Source of the DNA: Octopus bimaculoides | Taxonomy: Eukaryota | Direction: 5' to 3' | Length of the DNA stretch: 64,000 bases | Assembly: GCF_001194135.2 (NCBI RefSeq) | Contig: NC_068994.1 | Span: 3,187,135-3,251,134 of the forward strand | Part shown: positions 49,981 to 61,365 of the stretch, piece by piece | Position numbering within the stretch: the first letter of the stretch is position 1 | Layout: each line of letters starts with the position of its first letter | Program-made: the position numbers and the translations under genes | Notes under the pieces: model-generated | What the model was told of the DNA's origin: nothing | Database searches by the model: none | The model's input: the letters and a program-made list of their open reading frames with translations, nothing else

Positions 49981-51861
49981 AGCTTGTGTATCTATGGGCC
50001 AGCTGAGATGGTTGACGTCTCTTATTTACGGTGACTTTTTCATATTCTGGTTTTAAATATAATAAAAACAGTTTTGTCTTAACTCTATGAGACTCGACTA
50101 CAAAACAAGAGAATCCAAAGAGCCAGTCTTTAGAGAAAGAGACTAACGATAATCTCTAGATAAATGTGTGTGTGTGTGTCACCGGAAATGAATTGACAAT
50201 GTCTATAATGTACAGCCACGAAGGTGAAGAACGAGTAGGAGATAATAATGAAAGAAGAAGTGTCTTAGAGAATGGATGTGCATGAAGTCTTTCAAAGGAT
50301 TGGGGGTGGGGAATTGAGAGAATTGATAAGAGAGAAAGTGAGAAAAATCTAACAAAGTGTGAGGTCAACAAATTACACGGCATACATAAATCCAAATACA
50401 GACCCATACACATGCCACATACATAGACTCATATATACATCTGTTAAAAGACTAAATGCAAAACAAATGTTTACAAACATGGCTACAAATGTATATGCAT
50501 AAAACAAGAGTCCCATAACCTCTTAATGTATTACTAGATCACTGATGAAGGTCAAGGGAGTTTATATATAAGTTGTTGTGTTGGATCTTACACATTTGTC
50601 ACTTTGCTTTTTACTACTAACTAAAAAGGAAACTAGCTACAAATCCTTTCTTTCCTTTAAATTCTCCCCCTCCTCTACTGCAAGGAGTGAGTGAGGCTAG
50701 GTTAAAAGACAAAGAGGCAAAGGAGAAACTGAGAGAAAAAAACCGTGTGGGAGAATAAAAAAAAGAGGAAATGGATGGAGGAAAGATGTAAAAAAAGAAG
50801 ATGCACACACAAACACATATACACACAAACACATACTATAACATGTAAAATTTAATATACATATGATTTTACTAAGTCATATAATTTTTATATTTTGCAC
50901 AATAAGAGTAAATCTGTGCTATTTCTTTTTTTTATTCAGCAGATGTTACAGGTAATAATTATAATCTGGATCAATCAATCTATATTAATTAAATTAACAA
51001 CAAAAATCAGAATAACTATATTTTAAAAACTCCATTTTATCCTCTCTTATATTATTTCTTCAGTTTTGTTAATTAATTAAGTTTTCCTAAAACTCCTTCC
51101 AAAGCATTCAGGATACTCCACATATTTTTAAATAAAAAAGTAAACACTCATACTATATCAGTTGATAAGAAAAATATACACGTAACTTTTCTATTTACAT
51201 CCATGCGTTACTCTAGACTAATCACCTGAAAATTAATTTTGTCTATTACAGAAGACATTTGTTTATTTCCAAGGTTATAATAATGCAAACACAACAAGTG
51301 ATAAACAGTGAGAGAAGAAGACAGTCTGGGAGAATAAAGAACAGCGAAAGGGTGTAATGATGCATAACAAATGGGAGAAGAGTGTGATTGAGAAAATGAA
51401 AACCATGCCCTATCAGTTTATCTTCCACTTGCAATATATATAAGTCAGTGAATTGTTATATCCATTTGAGCATCGGATGGAATGCCTTGGAAGATTTGTT
51501 CCAACTACAATCTGAATTCAACTCCTGCTGAGGATTGTTTTAAGATCACTAATTAGAATAGCAGTCCAGGGTGGTGGATTGGCAGAAATGTTGGGAAATT
51601 GGGCAAGATGCCTTGCGGCATCTTTTCAAGCTCTTTCTCTTTTGATTGTTATATCGAGAAGACACAGTGGTGATCTGCTTTATTGGCCCTTGCCAGACCA
51701 TTAAACAACATCAGCAGCATCTAAAGGACAGGGCTGCATACAGGTTTAAGGACCCTTCCATTACCCTAAAGACACGTGTATATATACACACACACACACA
51801 CATCTATATATATACATATATATACACATACATACATATATATTTTTAAGCATACATATAC

Positions 51862-52025
51862 ATCATCATCATCATCATCGTTTAACGTCCGCTTTCCATG
51901 CTAGCATGGGTTGGACGATTTGACTGAGGACTGGTGAAACCGGATGGCAACACCAGGCTCCAGTCTGATTTGGCAGAGTTTCTACAGCTGGATGCCCTTC
52001 CTAACGCCAACCACTCAGAGAGTGT
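51862..52025 (-). mobile_element. Family C 3' end
   Basis: (cat)n-cgtttaacgtccgctttccatgctagcatgggttggacg. A further decayed copy lies at 8800-9010. Confidence 0.8.
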
Positions 52026-52027
52026 AG

Positions 52028-52059
<32 letters not shown>

Positions 52060-52091
52060 TACATATACACATTTATATACATATACATACA

Positions 52092-52137
<46 letters not shown>

Positions 52138-52141
52138 AGAT

Positions 52142-52348
52142 GATCTGCCATCATGAGCTCATGTAAGTTTATAAAGCCATGAGACTGGAACGAAGTCGTC
52201 TTCTCCTGCGTCAGATTGCTGAAGGCATGCTGCCCAGCCTGGTCTGCACTGATGAAAAGAAATTTGGCATCGATCAGACAGTAAATCACCAGAATGACTT
52301 TGACAAAACTGAAAAAAGCTGGTTGCCTTCATTTGGGGACACCCTGTA
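52142..52348 (+). pseudogene. maT/Tc1-mariner deletion derivative
   Basis: RSRLLLRQI..LVCTDEKKFGIDQTVNHQND (first catalytic Asp) is fused directly to a terminus ending ggggacaccctgTA. It is flanked by TA microsatellites. Confidence 0.65.
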
Positions 52349-53399
52349 TATACATATACACACATACACAAGCATATATATATATATAAAATATGTTCTT
52401 CAGTACATACTTCCATATATATATATGTGTAAACACACACACACTGTGTTAGATCTAAAGTAGTAGTAGCTCACATTAATATTGTTAGCCCAGTATATCT
52501 GGTAGAAGGGTACATTTAGGGTACAAATGTTCAGTCACTCCCCAGAAATATGAAGGAAATAGGGGGTGGAAGAAGTGTGCTTATATGACCATAATGGTAA
52601 CAGGGGGAATGTGGTCAACTGAAATGCTAAAAATGACAGCCGAATCTCTCTGAAATTACACCCTACCATCTAAAATAAGGAAGAATGTGTTAGGACTTTC
52701 CCTGATATACAAAAAAATTAACAGGGATGGTTATGGCTGGAACGCCTTTTATCGAATGTCTGCTCAATTAGAAGAGTTAAACAATAACAATAATAACAAC
52801 TACAGGAAGGTGGATGGTTCAGCATTGCAGAGATTCCATGTTTACCCTCAGTTTCAAAACCACATTTGACATTACAGGGAGCCTTTACTCACTGACTCAA
52901 CCTGCTAGAAATAGTAGCCAAATTCCAGGCCATTTCTACACTATTGTAAAAAGGAAACAAGTCTGTATATGTGTATCTATGCACATGTTTGCCAGTGTTT
53001 ATATGTGTGTATAGTATATGTGCATCCTGTATATGCTTGTATTTGCATGTATGTTTGCCTATGTATGAATATGTGTAGGTTTTTGTCTATATATGTATAT
53101 ATGTTTACTTATGTTCATATGTGTGCATGAATATGTGTATATATTGTGCATGCATATATGTGTGTATATGTGTATGTATGTAATTATAAATGTACGAATA
53201 TATGCATGTCTATATATACATGTATGAGTTTATGTGTGTGTGTGTATATATATAATATATACATATATATATAAGATACATCAGTGTACCATAGATTTGA
53301 CCCAGCCTATATCAGTGATGGTTAGCAAAAACAATAACAAGAACGTATTTGAAGACAGTTATGGCTGGCGACACAGTGAGATGGCTATGCTTCAAGTAG

Positions 53400-53670
53400 C
53401 CTTATAACTGTGATGAGAGTTAGAGAGTTGGGGGAGGGGCGGGAATTTGGTCTGAAGGAAGCGGGTAGGGTTGTGTTCAAGGCCTTCACAGGCTCACTGA
53501 CACCAGTGAAATAAATGTGCTTAATGTGGCTCTTGAAAAGTTGCAAGATGACAGTTGTCGGTAAAACATTGACATGGAGAGGATTCCAGAGGGATGCCAT
53601 GTGGGAGGGGGAGGGGACAAAGGACGGGGAGACAAACAAGTCAGAATTGCCTGAGTAGGGGTAGCACAAG
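53400..53670 (-). pseudogene. CR1/L2/Jockey-group LINE ORF2 C-terminal remnant
   Basis: Minus translation SFVPSPSHMASLWNPLHVNVLPTTVILQLFKSHIK matches the SFFPRT..LWNSLP..VFP....L..FKS motif. Confidence 0.55.
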
Positions 53671-53793
53671 ATCAGTCAACTCTGAAGAGCAGAGGCTACA
53701 ATCGTAGCAGTAGAAAATGTGAAGAGAGGACACAACACATGCTAATTACTGCATCACAGGTAAGTTTGTGATTGTGAAGAGGGGGATACACGA

Positions 53794-56700
53794 TTAAATA
53801 GTGTGCCACAGGTAGTTAGTGACTGATGGAAATTCATGGATAGGTTTCTCAGCCTTGTCTCCTTCCTCTGCTTCTTCTTCTTCTGTCCCTGCCGTCTCAG
53901 CTGACACAATATCTCCACCTTCCTGTAAGACATATTCTTCAGTCTTTGGAGAAACATCGCATAACATGGTCAATTCTTTCTCCCTTGTTTCACTATTGTT
54001 CTCATTCCCATTACCATTGTCACTACCGCCGTTATCATGAACTGAATCTTTATGAATTTGCAGCTTCTCCATATTTATAAACTTCCTACCACAGATTTCA
54101 CAGGGGACAGGGTGTATCCCCATGTGAGTACGCAAGTGTATCTGCAGGGTGTCCTGGCGAGCAAATTTCTGACCACATTTTTCGCAATGGAATGGTTTCT
54201 CTCCAGTATGTGTTCGCCTGTGAATCACTAAATAATTCCGCTGAGCAAAGTTCTTATGGCAGATTTCACATTTGAAAGGCTTTTCTCCAGTATGAATTCG
54301 AAGATGAAGCTGCAATGTATTTCGCTGTGAAAATTGCCTGTTACAATAATCACAACAAAATGGCTTTTCGCCCGAGTGTGTACGCTTGTGAATTTGAAGT
54401 TTGTCTTTCTGGGCAAACAGTTGGTTACAGATCTCACATTGGAATGGTTTTTCACCTGTGTGCGTTCGCTTGTGAACCTGAAGAGTATCTCTACGAGCGA
54501 AACGTTTCAGGCAGACTTCACAGCTGAATGGTTTCTCTCCAGTATGAACCCGTTGATGAATATGAAGGTAATATTTCTGTGCAAATGGCTTCTGGCAATA
54601 ATTACATTTGAATGGTTTCTCGTCTGAGTGTGACTGCATGTGGATGTGCAGATAATAACGCTGAGCAAACTGTTTCTGACACACGTTACACTGATGCGAT
54701 TTCTTGCGAATGTGTGTTCGTTTATGGATGTGCAATTTACTTCTCTGTGCAAACATCTTGTGACAAAAATTACACTCGAATGGCTTTTCACCTGTGTGAA
54801 TACGTCTGTGAATAACTAACGTATCTTTACGAGAAAACTTCTGAATACACATGTCACATTGAAATGGTTTCTCACCTGTGTGACTACGCCTGTGAATTTG
54901 AAGGTAATCTTTATGGGTAAACTGTTCTTTACAGATATCACATTCATAATGTTTCTGGCCAGTGTGTGTCTTTTGATGGACCTGCAAGTAATGTCTCTGA
55001 GCAAAATGTTTGAAGCATATATCACATTTGAATGGCTTTTCATTGCTGTGAGTTTTTTCATGGATCAGTAAATAATGTTTTTGTGCAAAATGTTTCAGAC
55101 AAATATCACACTGAAATGGTCTTTCACCAGTGTGGGAGCGTCTGTGGATTTGTAGAGAATCTTTCCGTACAAATTGTTTTGGACAGAGATCGCAGTGGAA
55201 CGGCTTCTCTCCTGTGTGTATCCGGTGATGGATTTGTAAGTAATAGCGCTGAGCAAACTGCTTCAGGCAGATCTTACACTGGAAGCTTTTCGCTGCGGAA
55301 CCATTGCATTTGGAGTCAAAGTTAGAGTCATGACTATTTGACATGTGGGGAGAATAATTATCATTGAGGCTCAATTGAAATGGTTTGTCTTTTTTAAAAT
55401 CATCTTGTAAATCAGAAGTTTCTAGGAATGAAGAATTTGCAAGTGAACAGTCATTATAACTGTTCATGGTACTGAGAGATGGTTTTTCATCATGGTTGGA
55501 ATTATTTTCCAGAGACAACTGCATTGGTGGATTCAAAGATTCTGGGAGAAATTCCTCCCCCTCAGTAGAAGTTTTGAGTAAATCAATTGATTTCTTATCC
55601 AAATCTATAAGCACCGGACCGACAGGCTCTTGGTGGTAACCCACAGGATAATCCTCTTTCTTATTGCTAACCAGATCGAGTTCTTTATCCTTAACCACTG
55701 CATTAGAAATAGAAGACACCACAGGAGTGGAATGGTACACTGTTTCAGATGACAGATCATTGGAACCAACATTATTGAGCATTGATTTCTTTGACACATC
55801 CAATGGAGCATTTTGATAATCAGAACTGTCGGCCATTTGTTTATTGTAAATGCTGGATTGAAATGTTTGAGTGTGTTTATTTGGCATGAAATGATACCAG
55901 CTGGGTAAGTTTTTGTCCCGTACAAAGCTGCTATGAACAGATATTGGTGGGTTGCTGTAGTCTTTGGGGTAAATATTTTTGTCGTTGGCTTGATGTGCTT
56001 GACTTATCTGAGACTTGGAAGTATAATGGTGATTGCTAGTAGACAAATCTTTACTGTCATACCGGTTACTAGAAATACTGTCTTTAACAATATTATGTAA
56101 GAGATCTTTGTTGTAATGTTTATTGTCAATGGTGCTTTCTGTGTTAGAATAAAATTTAGAGGTCTTCATACTCTGGGAATAGTCCCTGTTTTGTCTGCGA
56201 TGGGATGATTTGTATGAAATTTGCTTCAATATGGGATATGTGTACCTTTGTATGGTCTCTTTAGAATAGTTAATCTGAGATGAATCTTTGGTATTTTCTG
56301 GAGATATTGAAGACTGTTGCTCCAAGTTGTTGGACACATCTTCTTTGTAACTGCTATTTTGGTAGATTTTGTTGGTGCTGTCTTGACTTCTGGATGTTGG
56401 AAGCCGTTGAGAGTAATCTTTAGGATAAGCATCACTTTGAGACATTTTGCTACTTGTTGTGGAACGAGATTTGTGATGCTGAGATTTAGAGTATCTCATA
56501 GAAAGATCTTTGGAATATAGGTCATTGTTCTGCACAGTTTTCTCAAGGCCAGAGGACATTCTTTGAGACAAATACGAATGTCTTTGGGCAAGTTCTTTTG
56601 AGTACAAATTTGAATGGAAAGCTTTTTCAACAAGATGGGGCAAATGTAAGGAAGATCTTTGGGCAAATTCTTTCAAATACATATTGGTATAAAATGCTGT

Positions 56701-56880
56701 GTTATCAACTGTGTATGGAAGGCCAGTGATTGGTAAACTAGGTCTGCCATAAATATCAATTGGAAATGTTGGCTTCTCCATCAGGTTTGAAAATTTCTGC
56801 ATCTGTAAATTGTGTCTTTGGGGACAGTCTTGTCCACAAATCTTTGAACACAAAGTTTTATTGTCTGTATACTGTTCCAT
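53794..56880 (-). CDS. C2H2 zinc-finger protein ZF-C (1028 aa; 15 tandem fingers, acidic tail)
   Basis: Uninterrupted ORF with 15 fingers at 54037-55281 (the last is H-x4-H) and TGEKPF linkers. A splice acceptor (cttcacttcttacAG) lies 44 nt upstream of the ATG. Confidence 0.95.
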   Translation of the reverse strand: MEQYTDNKTLCSKICGQDCPQRHNLQMQKFSNLMEKPTFPIDIYGRPSLPITGLPYTVDNTAFYTNMYLKEFAQRSSLHLPHLVEKAFHSNLYSKELAQRHSYLSQRMSSGLEKTVQNNDLYSKDLSMRYSKSQHHKSRSTTSSKMSQSDAYPKDYSQRLPTSRSQDSTNKIYQNSSYKEDVSNNLEQQSSISPENTKDSSQINYSKETIQRYTYPILKQISYKSSHRRQNRDYSQSMKTSKFYSNTESTIDNKHYNKDLLHNIVKDSISSNRYDSKDLSTSNHHYTSKSQISQAHQANDKNIYPKDYSNPPISVHSSFVRDKNLPSWYHFMPNKHTQTFQSSIYNKQMADSSDYQNAPLDVSKKSMLNNVGSNDLSSETVYHSTPVVSSISNAVVKDKELDLVSNKKEDYPVGYHQEPVGPVLIDLDKKSIDLLKTSTEGEEFLPESLNPPMQLSLENNSNHDEKPSLSTMNSYNDCSLANSSFLETSDLQDDFKKDKPFQLSLNDNYSPHMSNSHDSNFDSKCNGSAAKSFQCKICLKQFAQRYYLQIHHRIHTGEKPFHCDLCPKQFVRKDSLQIHRRSHTGERPFQCDICLKHFAQKHYLLIHEKTHSNEKPFKCDICFKHFAQRHYLQVHQKTHTGQKHYECDICKEQFTHKDYLQIHRRSHTGEKPFQCDMCIQKFSRKDTLVIHRRIHTGEKPFECNFCHKMFAQRSKLHIHKRTHIRKKSHQCNVCQKQFAQRYYLHIHMQSHSDEKPFKCNYCQKPFAQKYYLHIHQRVHTGEKPFSCEVCLKRFARRDTLQVHKRTHTGEKPFQCEICNQLFAQKDKLQIHKRTHSGEKPFCCDYCNRQFSQRNTLQLHLRIHTGEKPFKCEICHKNFAQRNYLVIHRRTHTGEKPFHCEKCGQKFARQDTLQIHLRTHMGIHPVPCEICGRKFINMEKLQIHKDSVHDNGGSDNGNGNENNSETREKELTMLCDVSPKTEEYVLQEGGDIVSAETAGTEEEEAEEGDKAEKPIHEFPSVTNYLWHTI

Positions 56881-57022
56881 GTTAACATCAGCAGTGAAAC
56901 ATCAGCTTAAGACAACAAACTGAGCTGTAAGAAGTGAAGCTATTTCACTGTTTCGATTGGCTGTGCCTTGCTTTACTTTTCTTCAAAACTTTGTAAAGAA
57001 TAATTTACCAGAATTCAAATAC

Positions 57023-57061
57023 CTCCAACTGGTTTTTATTTCACAGTTTGCAATTTGGAAT
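57023..57061 (-). other. Putative 39-nt 5'UTR exon of ZF-C
   Basis: On the minus strand: strong acceptor ttctttcttcctattttAG, then donor GAG|GTATTT. A 98-nt intron would lead to the acceptor at 56925. Confidence 0.5.
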
Positions 57062-57878
57062 CTAAAATAGGAAGAAAGAAAGAGTCAGAAATATTAGAAG
57101 AATAGAAAACTGTAATTGTTGGTTAAAATAAACACCAAAATCTGAGGGATCACACTTCTTGACCCTTTCCCCCCACATGGTTACACATATTGAATCAGAT
57201 ATTGGAGCACGATGTGATCCTCCAGTTCACTGGATCCTGTTGGAAGCTTTGTGATTGAATTTAGTAAGCAGAAACTGAAGGCCCATTGTGTGTATGTGTG
57301 TGTGTGTGTTAACATCTCATGATACTTGTATATGAGTGTCACTGACACACAACTGGTGCCCCTGGTTTCCAATCTTTCATGAAGAAATGTCCAACCATGG
57401 GAAAGTATAACCAGTTTTGGAAACACGAGGGTTAGCAACAGGAAGGGCATCCAGTCACAGAAAATCTGCGTTAACCATGAAAGTATGGGAATTTTATCTG
57501 GCCTAAGCAAGTAAGGGAAAGATGGGAAAGTGAACATGATGATAAATATACATACATATATACACACAAGCATCTAGGCTTGTGTGCATATTTTTCCTGT
57601 TACTCCCCCACCTAAAACTTGCTTCCTTCAATTACCTCCCCATTCTTCTCTCCTATTCTTCACTGACATAACAATTCTCTCTCACTACTCACAGTCTATA
57701 TATCCACCACTTCACTACTACCACAATCACCACCATGGTTCTGCCAGAAACTGAAGGCTTCCCTTTCTCACAGAAAAATCCTTTCTCCCATTCTGTGAAC
57801 CATTCCTATTCATTGTTCACCAAAACAGACCATCTTCAGGCTCCATTGCCTCACTAACACTAAAAGGGAAGCACTTAC

Positions 57879-57932
57879 CTGTCTAGTTTCCAATACAAGT
57901 TCCTCATGATTGTATTCCTGCTGTGACAAATG
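57879..57932 (-). other. Putative 54-nt 5'UTR exon of ZF-C
   Basis: On the minus strand: acceptor ttttaattaattgcAG and a consensus donor CAG|GTAAGT. Confidence 0.5.
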
Positions 57933-58089
57933 CTGCAATTAATTAAAACATATATATAAACAAACATATAAATAAATATATAAAGAAAATAATAATGTTT
58001 TCTTTATCAAATATAAAATGATTACAAAGAGAGAATAAAAATAGATAATATATTTGTCACTCAAATTAAAATTGTGTGTGTGTGTGTGT

Positions 58090-58262
58090 GTGCCTTGTTT
58101 TTAGACTTTTCAACTTATACTACCCTACAATATTATTCTAAAAATTAACAATCACATCATTGAAATCTCAAAGCTACATACTAACCACATGACTAATTGA
58201 AATCAATGTGGATAGATAAGCATTACATTTGATAGAGAAATTTGATGTGCGAAAGGGTTAAA
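58090..58262 (-). mobile_element. piggyBac-like MITE fragment (family G)
   Basis: Ends gaaagggTTAA (CCC terminus plus TTAA target site). Homologous to 2079-2240. Confidence 0.5.
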
Positions 58263-58289
58263 GAAAGATCTGCTGACATGGACATTAAT

Positions 58290-58631
58290 TCTGTAATGGC
58301 TCAACAGCCAGCATCAGAAATTTATATAAGAAAGAGATCTGGCATTTGGTAGATATTGTAGATAGACTATTTGAATGAAGAAATAGCCAATGGCAATGTA
58401 AACAGTTCCTGATAATTCCTGTAACATTGGCCACAGCTGAACAAACTACTTTCTCTTGTAAAATGAGTAAAGTCATGTCTTTGGTTTAGAATGACATCAG
58501 AAAGATTAAATTCTCCGGTGGCTACAATTTTGTATCACAAAGGATGGACAGACAAAATAAATCCAATCACAGTTGCTGAGGAATTTGCTTCTCCAAATGA
58601 GATTAAGCAAAAGAATATTGGCAGATTCTGA
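58290..58631 (+). pseudogene. hAT transposase C-terminal dimerization-domain remnant
   Basis: FLIIPVTLATAEQTTFS, then after a frameshift RMTSERLNSPVATILYHKGWTDKINPITVAEEFASPNEIKQKNIGRF*. Confidence 0.6.
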
Positions 58632-58985
58632 TTGGCTTAACAAGAAATTGAGTTAAATAACGAAGTTTTATAATTGCAACTGGATTTCTCAATTGTCATC
58701 ATGTAAATATTTTATTATCCATACCTTATAAATATTAATCAACTTGCAAACCTCTCAGTCACAAAATATTACAGGTTGTGGCTAAAGAGAATTCCTATTT
58801 TCATCTCAGGCTTCTGGCTACATTTGATTTGCCTTTTAATGGAAATTTACATAAAGTAAATTTGCTACAAACGTCTGCATAAAGTAGGGAGATTAGCAAA
58901 GGTTTTGGCCATTTTTGATACAAACTAACATATTCTGTTTATCCCATCACACACACACATACAAACAGCTCCATGGCACCATATG

Positions 58986-59023
<38 letters not shown>

Positions 59024-59309
59024 TTATATCTGGAGTTGAAATAAATAAATAGACAAAATCCTTTCACTTTTATAATATTCTCTAACCAAAACCCTCAAAC
59101 AATACACACCAATACACATATAATAAAATATAGAAAGTAATAATACGCAATTACAACATATAAATAAATAAATTTAAAAAATGTGAAAACCCCTAAAAAA
59201 TATTTTCTAATGTCAATATAGGATCATTTAGATTTAAAAAGTATGGAAGACCTAACATACAAAACAAAACTATGTACATACAACAAATGAGAGAAAAAAA
59301 CCCATGTAA

Positions 59310-59490
59310 ATCACTGTTTTTCCCGGTTTGTCCATTTATGCAGAAGCTCTGGGCAAAATGTTATAGTACATGACCATCCTTGGCACAAAAGTAATGCATG
59401 TGTAAAGTTTGGTGAAAATTGGTTGAGAAATGTAGAAATGTATGTGTTAGTAAATATATACACACACATACTGTGATTTATATATACTAA
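59310..59490 (+). mobile_element. Possible Helitron-like non-autonomous 3' end
   Basis: gtaaagtttggtgaaaattggttgagaaatg..acacacac..gatttatatatac resembles the ends of non-autonomous Helitron/Helentron elements. Confidence 0.3.
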
Positions 59491-60036
59491 ATAACAGGGT
59501 AAAGTCATTAGTGAGAGGTTAGGAAAGATAAAGGAGAAAGATGAAATTAAATAAGATAAGCTAAAACAAGATAAATTACAATAATAGAAAGTAGTAGAGC
59601 AGAAGGAAGTATGTGGAGGAGATTTAGTTTTCTGTAATAGCTTTATGGATATAAAAGTTTTAAAGGACCAGGGATGTAAGTGATTAAGGATTTATGGATA
59701 TAAAAAATAGATCTAAATATACAAAGGTGATCTTGCTGAAAATGTTGACTTTGAAAATGTCCTCGACCTCTGGTACAAAAGTGGCAGAGCATCTTAAACA
59801 AAATCAAGTGAAATGAAATAAATTAACATCTGACAAAAAAACAAAATCATTCTGAAATAACAAGAGATCTCTGTCCAAAAAGTTGTTTACTCAGTTTTAA
59901 CATAATAACATTTACGTATTGTTAGTATTTTTTCTTTCACACATAAAACAGATTGCATTATAGTTGTCCACGAGAAATCTATAACAGTCTCCCATGATGT
60001 TACAGTATTTGATGGTTGTAAATAAAACTATAAAAT

Positions 60037-60256
60037 ATATTGGTTTCACATTTTGGCACAAGGCCAGCGATTTCGAAGAAGGGGCTAAGTCGATTACATC
60101 GACCTCAGTGTCCAACTAGTATTTGTTTTATCGACCTCGAAAGGAAGAAAGGCAAAGTTGACCTCAGCAGAATTTGAAATTAGAACATAAAAAATGGATA
60201 AAATGTCACTAAACATTCTGTCCGTCATGTTAATGATTCTGCCAGCTCTCTGCCTT
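60037..60256 (-). mobile_element. SINE family A
   Basis: Full-length, with the ttggtttc..ttttggcacaaggcc tail variant. Confidence 0.8.
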
Positions 60257-60499
60257 GCAAAACTGCAAAATATATTAACAATAAAACTTACATCTGAAAA
60301 ACAAAGCAAAAAACAAAAAACAATAATGGCTGCCTCTACAAGATATTTGAATGTCATGCCATACCACTTTAATAAGTTATTTTGGCAAAGATTTTGCTTA
60401 GCATCTCACAAACAGCTATACTGGTGTTATTTGAGATCTATTTTCGTTGTAATAACATGGTAATTTATTTCATTTAACTCTGTTTCAATGCATGTTTTT

Positions 60500-61194
60500 C
60501 ATGATCTGCTGAAAGGAGATGAAATGTGGGTTTATCTTTATGATCCAGAACCAGAGACCTAGTTTATGGAATGGTGTCATACCTTTCATCCAAGACCTAA
60601 GAAGTTCAAGAGCCAGGGATTGGCAGATGAGGTAATGGTGGCTGTTTGGGGAATGACAAAGACATTATTCTCCTTGATTTCCTGGAATGTGGCTGTACCA
60701 TGAACAACGAGCAGGATACTGGGACACTCAAGAAGCTTAAAGAAACCATTAAGAGGAAGAGGTTGAACATGAAGCTGTAATCAGTCCCACATTCATTTTG
60801 ACAATGTGTGACCACACTTATCTTTGGCAATAAATCAGGCAATCAACAAAATTAAACCGGTCACTGGTTCCCTATCCACCATATAGTTTGGATCTGGCAC
60901 CATTCACCTTCCCCTTGTTCGGCCCAATGAAGGACAGTTTTCAGGGACAATATTTGATGACACAAAGTAAAATTGGAAGAAATAGGAACAACCAGTGCAC
61001 ACCTAAATTTTTACAAAAAGGTTTTAAGGCTTGAGTTCAACAGGATAAATGCATCACTTGTAGGAAGGAGGAGGAGGAGGGGTACATTTGTCTGGAGGAA
61101 GAGTTACTCTGCCAATATGTGCAACTTAACCTATGTCAATAAATAAAAAAGTTATGGCCTACTTCTCCATTAGTTGTGGAATAATGCTTGAGTA
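60500..61194 (+). pseudogene. mariner (DD34D-type) transposase remnant
   Basis: GDEMWVYLYDPE, PRPKKFK, IILLDFLE, HFDNV*PH and PYPPYSLDLAP..PLFGPMK, with stops and frameshifts. Confidence 0.8.
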
Positions 61195-61365
61195 TAGAAT
61201 ATATTTTTATACATGATATATATACACACACACACACACACATACACAGACATGACAGAAGTAGATACCCCATAAAACATTGTTTTATGTTTATTTTAAC
61301 TTGAAAAGGTTTATGTTTTTTATTGACATTTTTATGTTTCAGGTTCTATATGTGACTGTTTAATC

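Noticed and set aside
55825-56850. Idea that A-to-I editing (UAU/UAC to UGU/UGC) re-activates the ghost fingers
   Set aside because: Tyr at Cys2 is editable to Cys, but the Cys1 positions are ACC, TCA, AGT or Asn codons and the His ligands are missing. A-to-G changes cannot rebuild a C2H2 site.
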